Positions 40,016 to 47,746 of a DNA stretch of 64,000 nt are shown here, piece after piece. The position numbers and the translations under genes were made by a program. This stretch comes from Methanobacteriota archaeon (lineage in GTDB: Archaea; Thermoplasmatota; Poseidoniia; Poseidoniales; Poseidoniaceae): contig JABJMO010000002.1 in NCBI GenBank assembly GCA_018659375.1, positions 76,373-140,372 of the forward strand, written 5' to 3'. Position 1 is the first letter of the stretch; every line of letters starts with the position of its first letter. The notes beneath the pieces are model-generated. The model did not search any database. It worked only from the letters and a program-made list of their open reading frames with translations, and was not told where the DNA came from.

Positions 40016-41098
40016 GTGAAGGTTACAGATTCTATCGATTTAGGGCGCGGTTTTACTGCCAAAAATCGAACTCTTTTAGCGGCGATGACCAACAAGCAAA
40101 GCAACAATGACGGGACATTGTCTGCTGAAGAAATAAAATGGCTTGTTAGAAGGGGCCAAGGTGGATTTGGAATCACTACTACTGCGGCAGCGAATGTCAC
40201 TAAAGATGGGCAGGGCTGGGAAGGTGAAATGGGTGTCTGGAGCGACAACCATATTCCCGGCTTGACAGAATTAGCTGAAAAGCTAAATGAAACAGGTACT
40301 ATTTCATTAGTCCAGTTATTTCATGGCGGCATGAGAGCTCCGCAAAGAATAACTGGTGTTAGACCAATTTCTGCTAGTGAAAATACTGAGTCAGGAATGA
40401 ATGGAGTTTACACTAAGGCAATGACAGAATTAGAAATCAAATCCATGATTCAATCCTTTATTGATGCTGCTATCAGGTGTAAAAAAGCCGGGTTTCACGG
40501 TATAGAATTACATGGTGCTCATTCTTACCTGATTTGCCAATTTTTAGGCCAAGAAACTAATCGAAGAACCGATAAATGGGGCGGTGATATTACCGGAAGA
40601 AGTAGATTCTTGAGTGAAATAATACGTTCTGTTCGTAGTGCAGTGGGTGAAGATTTCCTCATTGCAGTTCGAATTTCTCCCATCATTGAAAAAGCCGGAA
40701 TTTACCTACATGATAGTCTTGAACTAGCCAAGATTATTTGTGAATTGGAAATAGATATGTTGCACATTTCTTGCTGGGACGTATTCCAACCGGTTGATGA
40801 TAGTAATGATAATTCGCTTACCAAACGCTTCCGCCAAGTCATCCCAAAAGGCATGCCACTAATCTCAACTGGAGCTGTATGGGATGGTAAAGATGCGCAG
40901 TGGTTGTCAGACGAAGGGGCCGATATAGTTGGAGTTGCCAGAGTTGGAATCGCCCATCCAGATTGGCCAAAACTCTTGATAGATTCCGATTATCAGCCTC
41001 AAATGCCGCCATTCACTGTTGAACATTTAGCAAATGTAGATCTAAGTCCAGTTTTCATTGAATACATGAAGCGGTGGAAAAACTTCGTAATTCTATAG
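40016..41098 (+). CDS. NADH:flavin oxidoreductase, Old Yellow Enzyme family
   Basis: NRTLLAAM, QLFHGG, ELHGAHSYLICQFL and WGG..TGRSRF blocks. GTG start lies 7 nt after GGGTGG. Confidence 0.85.
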   Translation: MKVTDSIDLGRGFTAKNRTLLAAMTNKQSNNDGTLSAEEIKWLVRRGQGGFGITTTAAANVTKDGQGWEGEMGVWSDNHIPGLTELAEKLNETGTISLVQLFHGGMRAPQRITGVRPISASENTESGMNGVYTKAMTELEIKSMIQSFIDAAIRCKKAGFHGIELHGAHSYLICQFLGQETNRRTDKWGGDITGRSRFLSEIIRSVRSAVGEDFLIAVRISPIIEKAGIYLHDSLELAKIICELEIDMLHISCWDVFQPVDDSNDNSLTKRFRQVIPKGMPLISTGAVWDGKDAQWLSDEGADIVGVARVGIAHPDWPKLLIDSDYQPQMPPFTVEHLANVDLSPVFIEYMKRWKNFVIL

Positions 41099-41100
41099 AA

Positions 41101-41176
41101 TGGTGGACGTGCCGAGATTTGAACTCGGGGCCTCTACCATGCCAAGGTAGCGATCTTCCAACTGATCTACACGCCC
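41101..41176 (-). tRNA. tRNA-Ala (anticodon GGC), CCA encoded
   Basis: Reverse complement GGGCGTG-TA-GATC-AGTTGGAA-GATC-G-CTACC-TTGGCAT-GGTAG-AGGCC-CCGAG-TTCAAAT-CTCGG-CACGTCC-A-CCA. All four stems pair, and the G3:U70 Ala identity pair is present. Confidence 0.92.
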
Positions 41177-41209
41177 ATAGGTGTTTGTAGCCATGCCACC
41201 AACAGACCC

Positions 41210-41815
41210 ATGATAAGCATTTTCAATGATAATACAGTTGATGAACATCGGATGATTGGCCGGTATATGGCGGATTCAGGTATGTTGGGTGATACGCCTG
41301 TGCCAACAATTGAACCTCACATACCAGAAGGTGCGATAGTAGACTCATTATCAGTCCTTTCAGGCGTCACTGATGCAGTATTTATGCCGTGGATTGAACA
41401 AAGGATAGAACTTATTTGGTTAGAACCGATTGATGACCGATTAGGTATGACAAGATTCGAAGAGGGTTCTGCAGAGTTGAACCGTAGAAGAAAGCTAAGA
41501 CTCGACCCAGGTGTTGTGACAATTGGATTACATCCAGCCTTACTTGAAGATGAAGTGCTGTACAAACATACCTTTGTTCATGAATTTCTGCATGCTGCTG
41601 GTTTAACATTGCATACTTCGCAACATGATGAGTTGACAAATAAAGTCGCACCAATGCCAAAAATGTCGGAATCGCCATTATTACAGCGATTAAGAAATTC
41701 AGTACTTGGAGATCTAAAGGTGAAATCATGGACGTGTAGTCACTGTGGCTATAGTTGGGATAGAACTACTGTTAGAAAGCCCACTAGATGTTACAAATGT
41801 GCCCGCCCTCTTTGA
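41210..41815 (+). CDS. SprT-like zinc metalloprotease-fold protein with C-terminal zinc ribbon
   Basis: HTFVHEFLHAAG (HExxH) followed by CSHCGYSW...RCYKCARPL (CxxC...CxxC). Confidence 0.5.
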   Translation: MISIFNDNTVDEHRMIGRYMADSGMLGDTPVPTIEPHIPEGAIVDSLSVLSGVTDAVFMPWIEQRIELIWLEPIDDRLGMTRFEEGSAELNRRRKLRLDPGVVTIGLHPALLEDEVLYKHTFVHEFLHAAGLTLHTSQHDELTNKVAPMPKMSESPLLQRLRNSVLGDLKVKSWTCSHCGYSWDRTTVRKPTRCYKCARPL

Positions 41816-41861
41816 GTTCGCATACTCAAAGTTCATGAAAGAGATACATTTGGGGTGGGTT

Positions 41862-41937
41862 GGACGTATAGTGTAGTTGGATATCACTCTGGCCTTCTAA
41901 GCCGGCGACCCGGGTTCGAATCCTGGTACGTCCGCCA
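41862..41937 (+). tRNA. tRNA-Arg (anticodon UCU), CCA encoded
   Basis: GGACGTA-TA-GTGT-..-TCAC-T-CTGGC-CTTCTAA-GCCGG-CGAC-CCGGG-TTCGAAT-CCTGG-TACGTCC-G-CCA. The acceptor, anticodon and T stems pair. Confidence 0.9.
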
Positions 41938-42000
41938 TGAATCAACTCATTGATTTTAATAGATTACGTACTCCAACAAATCTAGTATTTAACGATGCTA

Positions 42001-42010
42001 TCATATATGG
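42001..42010 (+). promoter_or_regulatory. TATA-box candidate (TCATATATGG) for rpl41e
   Basis: AT-rich box about 26-35 nt upstream of ATG 42036, implying a very short leader or a leaderless mRNA. The same 9-mer TCATATATG precedes the rpl3 operon. Confidence 0.35.
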
Positions 42011-42035
42011 AATGTTGGTGGGATGCCTGTTCACC

Positions 42036-42143
42036 ATGAAGAGAGGCTCACGTGCTTGGAAGAAAACCGGCAACCAACGTTGGAAGTGGCGCAAGAAGAA
42101 ATTGCGACGCCGAAAGCGTGCTCGCCGACAGGCTAAGAACTGA
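42036..42143 (+). CDS. rpl41e: 50S ribosomal protein L41e (35 aa)
   Basis: MKRGSRAWKKTGNQRWKWRKKKLRRRKRARRQAKN closely resembles archaeal L41e as I recall it from M. jannaschii (...[32 protein letters not shown]...). The 68-aa track ORF starts inside the tRNA-Arg CCA end and is rejected. Confidence 0.72.
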   Translation: MKRGSRAWKKTGNQRWKWRKKKLRRRKRARRQAKN

Positions 42144-42160
42144 TTTTGATGATGAACCGA

Positions 42161-42346
42161 GGGAGTATAGTATAGCTTGGTAGTATCGCGGGCTCCAGTT
42201 GCACGGGAATGACGACGAGTGGGTTTGCTGAAGTTGATGACCAACTGGAGCGCCGACCTGTTGCATCCTGCAAACCTTGCCCACTAACACTGGGCGGTTT
42301 CAGAAGAAATCCGCTGGGGGGGGTTCAAATCCCTCTGCTCCCACCA
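42161..42346 (+). tRNA. tRNA-Trp (anticodon CCA) with 110-nt intron after position 37, CCA encoded
   Basis: Exon 1 42161-42198 (GGGAGTA acceptor, GCGGG anticodon stem, loop CTCCAG). Exon 2 42309-42346 (A-TCCGC-TGGG-GGGGG-TTCAAAT-CCCTC-TGCTCCC-A-CCA). The joined exons give a 76-nt cloverleaf. Confidence 0.88.
42209..42256 (+). ncRNA. box C/D guide RNA module inside the tRNA-Trp intron
   Basis: Box C ATGACGA (42209-15), 12-nt guide, box D' CTGA (42228-31), 3 nt, box C' TGATGA (42235-40), 12-nt guide, box D variant CCGA (42253-56). The guides are complementary to the anticodon loop and to the 3' anticodon stem of the host tRNA. Confidence 0.75.
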
Positions 42347-42410
42347 ATTTTTAATCAATTAATGAATATCTTGATGTGCAATTAACTTCTGCTGTGTATG
42401 AGGGAGTATT

Positions 42411-44579
42411 ATGAAACAGTTTCTTGCGGTTTTACTTTGCGTGATTTTCTTTTTACCGTTAACTGGTTCGATTTATGATCAACCAGTGTATGATAGAGCA
42501 GATTGGACCATTGCAGACGACTACGGAATAATTTGGCATCATGTTGATTCAACCGACTCTATACCAATTCAACAAGAACCACAATGGGCTGGAACAGAAA
42601 CTGCTTGGTGGGATATCTCATCATATGACATAAACAGGAATGGTATACATGATTCTATAGAATCTGCCACAGGCATGGTTGGCATGGGTATTTCCTATGA
42701 TGTTGAAGTTACTGAGGTCCAATTACAGGAATTAGCCAATCTAGGAATTGTGGTTGTTGATACCCTTGAATCAATTAATTCAGTATTAATCGGTCTACAG
42801 GAAGTTAATCTCGCAGATTCAATAACTAATTTGTCTAATGTGGTAATGGTCCATCAATATGGTGCAGTCAAATTCTATGGGGACATTCAGACGCCCAATG
42901 TCAAAGCAAGAAATTCATCAATCTATCCAGACGCAGCATGGAATTTTGGTGTAACCGGTAAAGGTGTTAACATCGCTATGGTAGACACGGGTGTCGATAA
43001 TGAACATCCAGGATTAGTTGGTAAATTCGTTGCTGGTTATGATGCAGTATGCTATCTACACACCGATCCTACTTGTGTCGCAGCTGGACTTGGTGCCCGG
43101 GAAACAGATGGTTCTTTTGATCCAGATGACGGTAACCAGCATGGTACAGCCTGTATTGGAATGTCATCAGCAACAGGTATCGAAGCAGATGGAAGTCAAG
43201 GAGAGTTTTATGGTTCAGCTCCCGGTTCTACTTTAGTCGACGTTCGAATAGGGACGGATGCCGGAGCAGGACCGTTTGAAAACTATGTCTTGGAGCAGGA
43301 ATTTTATGAATCAGCAATGAATGGAATTCAATGGATAATTGACAACAAAGACACAGCTTGGGCAGGGGTCGATGAAAGTCTTCACGGAATTGACATCATT
43401 TCACTCTCATGGGGAATTACCTCTCACGAAGGGGGTGGCTCAGACGGCTCAGACATGCACAGTATGATTCTTGATGTGGCCATGGAAGAAGGAATTGTGG
43501 TTAGTGTTGCAGCAGGCAATGATGGCCCAAATAATGATGGTCTATCTGGAATGGGCTCATCCGACCTTTCAATCACAGTTGGTGCTACTGATGATGGTAA
43601 TACGATAATTAGAGATGATGATACAATTGCTTCTTATTCTTCAAGAGGACCTCGTCGTGATAATGGTGATGGTAATCCGCTTAATGAATTGAAACCAGAA
43701 GTAAGTGCTCCGGGTACCAATATTATCCAAGCAGAAGGTTGTGTGACATCAGGTGGTTGCAACAACTTACTAGGTGGTGATGCATCATCCAATACCTACA
43801 CCAGTAGAGGTTCAGGTACTTCTTACGCCGCACCAGCAGTATCGGGCATCTTGGCGTTGATGATTGAGGCAAACCCGAACTTAACGGCCTTTGAGATGAA
43901 AGAGATTTTGAAATTTACTGCAGAACGCAAAGGCGAACCCACTCAACCGGACGTTGATCCGTTTTGGAATAGGGACTTTGGTTGGGGATTAGTCGATGCT
44001 TACGAAGCAGTGAAGCTGTCGATAAAATTGCGAGACCAGGGATTGAATGGATTAATAGATGTCAATACTCAAGTTCACGTAGAATCATCCTCAATTGACA
44101 ACCAATCTGGTCTTTACGTTATCCAAGGGATTGCATGGGGTCAAATGGGATCAGTAAATGCCATCGAGTATCGCATAAATGACGGGGAATGGATGTCGGT
44201 TGCCTTTGAACAAACCAATAGCTCGTTGTCTGCCTTAGAACGATTTTCATGGTCTTTAGCCCTTGATTTGGATAAAATATCGAAAGGTAATAATTCTCTT
44301 GAGATAAGGGGTCTAAGTGATGATGGTCAATCGTTACCTATCACTATTATAGTTCAAGGGAACGGAAATCTTGCAGATTCATCTGAGTCTTTCATCTGGG
44401 ATTTATTGCCAAATACAATTTTCTTTGCACTGTTTATTATCTTAGGTTTATTATTGTGGAATTCACGAACAGAAAACCCTGAAGCGTTGTTTTTAGATTC
44501 TAATGATTCGATTGCCAAGGTGCTCAAAGAAGATAAAGATCTAGCATCTGTAGTCGATGCCGAATTGTTGGAAGGATAA
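42411..44579 (+). CDS. secreted subtilisin-like serine protease (S8) with C-terminal TM anchor
   Basis: Signal peptide. Catalytic triad motifs MVDTGVD, HGTACIG and GTSYAAPAVSG. C-terminal hydrophobic helix FFALFIILGLLLW. Confidence 0.9.
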   Translation: MKQFLAVLLCVIFFLPLTGSIYDQPVYDRADWTIADDYGIIWHHVDSTDSIPIQQEPQWAGTETAWWDISSYDINRNGIHDSIESATGMVGMGISYDVEVTEVQLQELANLGIVVVDTLESINSVLIGLQEVNLADSITNLSNVVMVHQYGAVKFYGDIQTPNVKARNSSIYPDAAWNFGVTGKGVNIAMVDTGVDNEHPGLVGKFVAGYDAVCYLHTDPTCVAAGLGARETDGSFDPDDGNQHGTACIGMSSATGIEADGSQGEFYGSAPGSTLVDVRIGTDAGAGPFENYVLEQEFYESAMNGIQWIIDNKDTAWAGVDESLHGIDIISLSWGITSHEGGGSDGSDMHSMILDVAMEEGIVVSVAAGNDGPNNDGLSGMGSSDLSITVGATDDGNTIIRDDDTIASYSSRGPRRDNGDGNPLNELKPEVSAPGTNIIQAEGCVTSGGCNNLLGGDASSNTYTSRGSGTSYAAPAVSGILALMIEANPNLTAFEMKEILKFTAERKGEPTQPDVDPFWNRDFGWGLVDAYEAVKLSIKLRDQGLNGLIDVNTQVHVESSSIDNQSGLYVIQGIAWGQMGSVNAIEYRINDGEWMSVAFEQTNSSLSALERFSWSLALDLDKISKGNNSLEIRGLSDDGQSLPITIIVQGNGNLADSSESFIWDLLPNTIFFALFIILGLLLWNSRTENPEALFLDSNDSIAKVLKEDKDLASVVDAELLEG

Positions 44580-44588
44580 TACGCGGTG

Positions 44589-45743
44589 ATGCAGATGGGT
44601 GGGTTTAGCGATCGAGCATTGGCAATACAACCGACAGGGGTCCGCAAAATGTTTGATCTTGCTGGCGATGATGTTATTTCTTTTGGACTTGGAGAACCAG
44701 ACTTTCAACCGCCAAAAGTAGCAATCGAAGCCTTTCATCAAGCTATGGTTGACGGCCATAACAAGTATACGACAACTGCTGGTTTACCTGCATTAAGAGA
44801 AAAAATTGCTCAATCTTGGGAGTCTTACCAACAAGGTATGGCTGCAGACAATGTCTGCATAACTATGTCTGGGACAAACGCCCTCCTCAATATATTCCTG
44901 ACGTTGGTAAATCCAGGCGATAATGTGCTGCTGCCAGAGCCATACTTTCCTTTGTATGGTCCAGATGTCTCTATTTGCGGTGGCGAAGATAGATATTATC
45001 CTTGCAAATTTGACAACGAATTTATTCCTCAACTATCTGATTTAGAACCATTAATCGATGAAAATACAGTGGCTATTTTGTATAACTTCCCAAGTAATCC
45101 TACTGGGGGTACTTTAGATTCCCGCCAACGTGATGAGTTGCTCGATTTCGCCAAAAAACATGATTTATGGATTATTAGCGATGAAGTCTATGATCGAATC
45201 GTCTTTGAAAGCAAACACATATCGTTCATGGGCACGGATTATGATAAGGTCCTCGTAGTGAACTCTTTTTCCAAGACATTTGCCATGACTGGTTGGCGAA
45301 TTGGCTATATCATTTCTGACAATCTTGAGGCTATGAAACAAATCATCAAGATGCAATATTACATTACCGCCTGTTCTAATGATGCTATGCAATACGCCGT
45401 ACTTGCAGCACTTGAGCACGCAGCAGATTATCCCGAGATAATTGCTAAAGAGTTCCAACAACGCTGTGATTTGATTGTCGGACGGCTAAATGCTATGCCT
45501 GGGGTTGAATGCCATAAGCCTAAAGGTGCAATATATGTATTTCCTAAGGTTAAAGTCGAAGGAATGAACTCTGAAGAAATTGCGTTGGAATTGCTAAAAG
45601 ATGGGGTACTATGTTCTCCTGGTTCTGCCTTTGGCCCATCTGGCGAAGGGCATCTTAGATTTGCTTATACGATCTCCAAGGAGGATATCGAAATAGGTAT
45701 GGATAAGGTTGAACAATCGCTGAAAAGGCTAAATGGTTTGTGA
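44589..45743 (+). CDS. class I/II PLP-dependent aminotransferase (aspartate aminotransferase-like)
   Basis: NSFSKTFAMTGWRIGY (PLP lysine), NPTG and LRFAY blocks. Confidence 0.88.
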   Translation: MQMGGFSDRALAIQPTGVRKMFDLAGDDVISFGLGEPDFQPPKVAIEAFHQAMVDGHNKYTTTAGLPALREKIAQSWESYQQGMAADNVCITMSGTNALLNIFLTLVNPGDNVLLPEPYFPLYGPDVSICGGEDRYYPCKFDNEFIPQLSDLEPLIDENTVAILYNFPSNPTGGTLDSRQRDELLDFAKKHDLWIISDEVYDRIVFESKHISFMGTDYDKVLVVNSFSKTFAMTGWRIGYIISDNLEAMKQIIKMQYYITACSNDAMQYAVLAALEHAADYPEIIAKEFQQRCDLIVGRLNAMPGVECHKPKGAIYVFPKVKVEGMNSEEIALELLKDGVLCSPGSAFGPSGEGHLRFAYTISKEDIEIGMDKVEQSLKRLNGL

Positions 45744-45747
45744 TATT

Positions 45748-46362
45748 ATGTCCTTTATTAGTTCACTGATGTATTTTTTTGCTGGATTTATTATCGCTTT
45801 TTTATTTCCTAGAATTCCAATTCTAATGATAACTCGAGGTAAGGGTTTCAATCTTGCTTTTCCCGAGCATCCAGCCCCAGTTCCTCTATCGCCCAAATTA
45901 ACTCAACGGGTACTCCACATGCGGATGATTTATTGGATGGGATTTGTCGTTTCGCTCGTTCCTTTGGTGTTTGGTCTTGCTTCAATAAAATGGGGTAATG
46001 CCGCCTTTGGATTTGGTCTGTGGATTTCTTCTGGCTGGTTTATCTTATCACGTTTACAGACATTTATCGGAGGTCCAAAGCCGCCATGGACTCTAGATAT
46101 GGCGCAACAGTTACAAATCATAATGGATGAAACAAAATCTGTTGAAAATTGTTGTCCAATGCCTGTTGCGGAATGGAGGGTTTTGACGGTATCTTGTGCT
46201 AGATGTGACGCTAAATTATCGGATTTGCCCCGCCCAGATTTAGGAAGAAAGCGGATGGATGGGTTTTTTCTGGGTGGGTTAAGATTATTGATGACCGATG
46301 GTTATCCAGTGATTGATTTTGATAATGACTCAAAAAACAAACTTAGCGATAGTGAAGAATAA
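45748..46362 (+). CDS. hypothetical membrane protein with Cys-containing C-terminal domain
   Basis: 3-4 predicted TM helices followed by CCPMPVAEWRVLTVSCARC. No family recognised. Confidence 0.45.
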   Translation: MSFISSLMYFFAGFIIAFLFPRIPILMITRGKGFNLAFPEHPAPVPLSPKLTQRVLHMRMIYWMGFVVSLVPLVFGLASIKWGNAAFGFGLWISSGWFILSRLQTFIGGPKPPWTLDMAQQLQIIMDETKSVENCCPMPVAEWRVLTVSCARCDAKLSDLPRPDLGRKRMDGFFLGGLRLLMTDGYPVIDFDNDSKNKLSDSEE

Positions 46363-46438
46363 TTTGCTAGCCGTAAACCCTACTTTTTTTACTGAGATTT
46401 CAGCAATAATTGATAATCCATTAAATTGACGTGGAGGT

Positions 46439-47677
46439 ATGGCGGGCAAGGTTCGTAAAAAACCATTCAGTGCTCGCCTGTGGCTTACCTTTGTTGCCTT
46501 ATGCCAGGTTTTCCTTACACCGTTGATTGCTTTTACTTTGACATATTTATTCGAATTCAATATTTTTGGTGAAACAATAAATATTTCATTTCAAAAAGAA
46601 ATGATACCTTGGATTGTTACCGCATCTCTCATGTATGGTATGCTGGCCTTATTCCTTGCACTAGCTATTGGGGGATACACTCCTATAAGGGTTGTAGAAA
46701 GTGGAGGCTGGAAGAAGTTTTTCAAGTTCTCGCGTTCTCCAAGAAATGCTACACAGCGTCGGTTGGCAAGACAAAATTATGCCCACTCCCCTCACGGTCA
46801 GATCAGTGTACTTGCTCATCGCAGGTGGCAAGAAGGCCACTCCATTATCTCAACTCATGGTGGTTTGATATTGCTAGCAGTCCCCTTCCAAGTCTTACTT
46901 GCGACATTGCCATTAGCCATGGTATTAATGGTCCCAGATTCAGTAATGAGAGAAAATAGGCGCTTGGAGTTGGCCTTAATTCTCTATGTTTTCACGCTAA
47001 GTATTGTCATGAAATACTATCCAAGGATCGCAAATAAGTATATTGGGATTGCTTCGTTCACTAGGAAGTGGTTAATTTCGATGACCAAAATTTCATGGTT
47101 AGCGCCAGTTCTTATTCTTTGGTTGATGGGTAGAATGGCTAGTGTAGTTGTCTTGGGTTGGATTGGGTCTGATATTGATTTGAACATAGACTTGGAGAAA
47201 TCATTCTTCGAAACAACGCTAAATATCGGTTCAATACCAAAAACTTCATTTTTAGATTTAATCGCCGCATTGGCAGTAATTCCTCTCGCTACTTTCACTA
47301 CTCTAGCAGTATTAGGGGCCGGGTCTGGTGACCCACCTGAATGGATGGTTGAGCGCCTTGAATTGAATGCCGATAGTGATGGAAGTTCGATGATTAATGC
47401 AGTTGGAACTTTATCCAACGCAGTTGTATCTGGAGAGATAAATCAGATTTTCAGCTCAGAAGAGTCAACAAATCATACCGAAGAAATAGCAGAAGTAACT
47501 GATGAGCAAAACGAATATAATCAATCAGTTAGTGAATCAGAATCTAATGACGAAATTAGTTCAGTTGGCGAAGAATCTGAAGTAGATTTCAATGACTTTT
47601 TTGCTGGTGACTTTGGACAAGGCGAAGGTGAGGAATCTCACAACAAACCTTCTATTACTGGATTTAAACTAGAGTGA
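46439..47677 (+). CDS. hypothetical polytopic membrane protein with acidic C-terminal tail
   Basis: Multiple hydrophobic helices. C-terminal E/D/S-rich tail. No family recognised. Confidence 0.45.
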   Translation: MAGKVRKKPFSARLWLTFVALCQVFLTPLIAFTLTYLFEFNIFGETINISFQKEMIPWIVTASLMYGMLALFLALAIGGYTPIRVVESGGWKKFFKFSRSPRNATQRRLARQNYAHSPHGQISVLAHRRWQEGHSIISTHGGLILLAVPFQVLLATLPLAMVLMVPDSVMRENRRLELALILYVFTLSIVMKYYPRIANKYIGIASFTRKWLISMTKISWLAPVLILWLMGRMASVVVLGWIGSDIDLNIDLEKSFFETTLNIGSIPKTSFLDLIAALAVIPLATFTTLAVLGAGSGDPPEWMVERLELNADSDGSSMINAVGTLSNAVVSGEINQIFSSEESTNHTEEIAEVTDEQNEYNQSVSESESNDEISSVGEESEVDFNDFFAGDFGQGEGEESHNKPSITGFKLE

Positions 47678-47746
47678 TTTTACCGATTTCATCTTAGTCA
47701 ATCAACAATTAGTTTCATGTGTTGAATGCACATCGGATGATTGTTG

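Noticed and set aside
41937-42035. N-terminal 33 codons of track ORF 41937-42143
   Set aside because: The ATG shares its A with the CCA end of tRNA-Arg, and the region contains the candidate TATA box. Only the C-terminal 35 codons resemble L41e.
42147-42155. TGATGATGA just upstream of tRNA-Trp as an additional box C
   Set aside because: It lies outside the tRNA and intron. No matching box D or guide geometry was found. It overlaps the rpl41e stop region and is most likely coincidental.
41942-42290. Minus-strand ORFs 41942-42244 and 42048-42290
   Set aside because: They are antisense to rpl41e and to the tRNA-Trp exon and intron. The Arg-rich translation is the mirror of the Lys/Arg-rich L41e codons.
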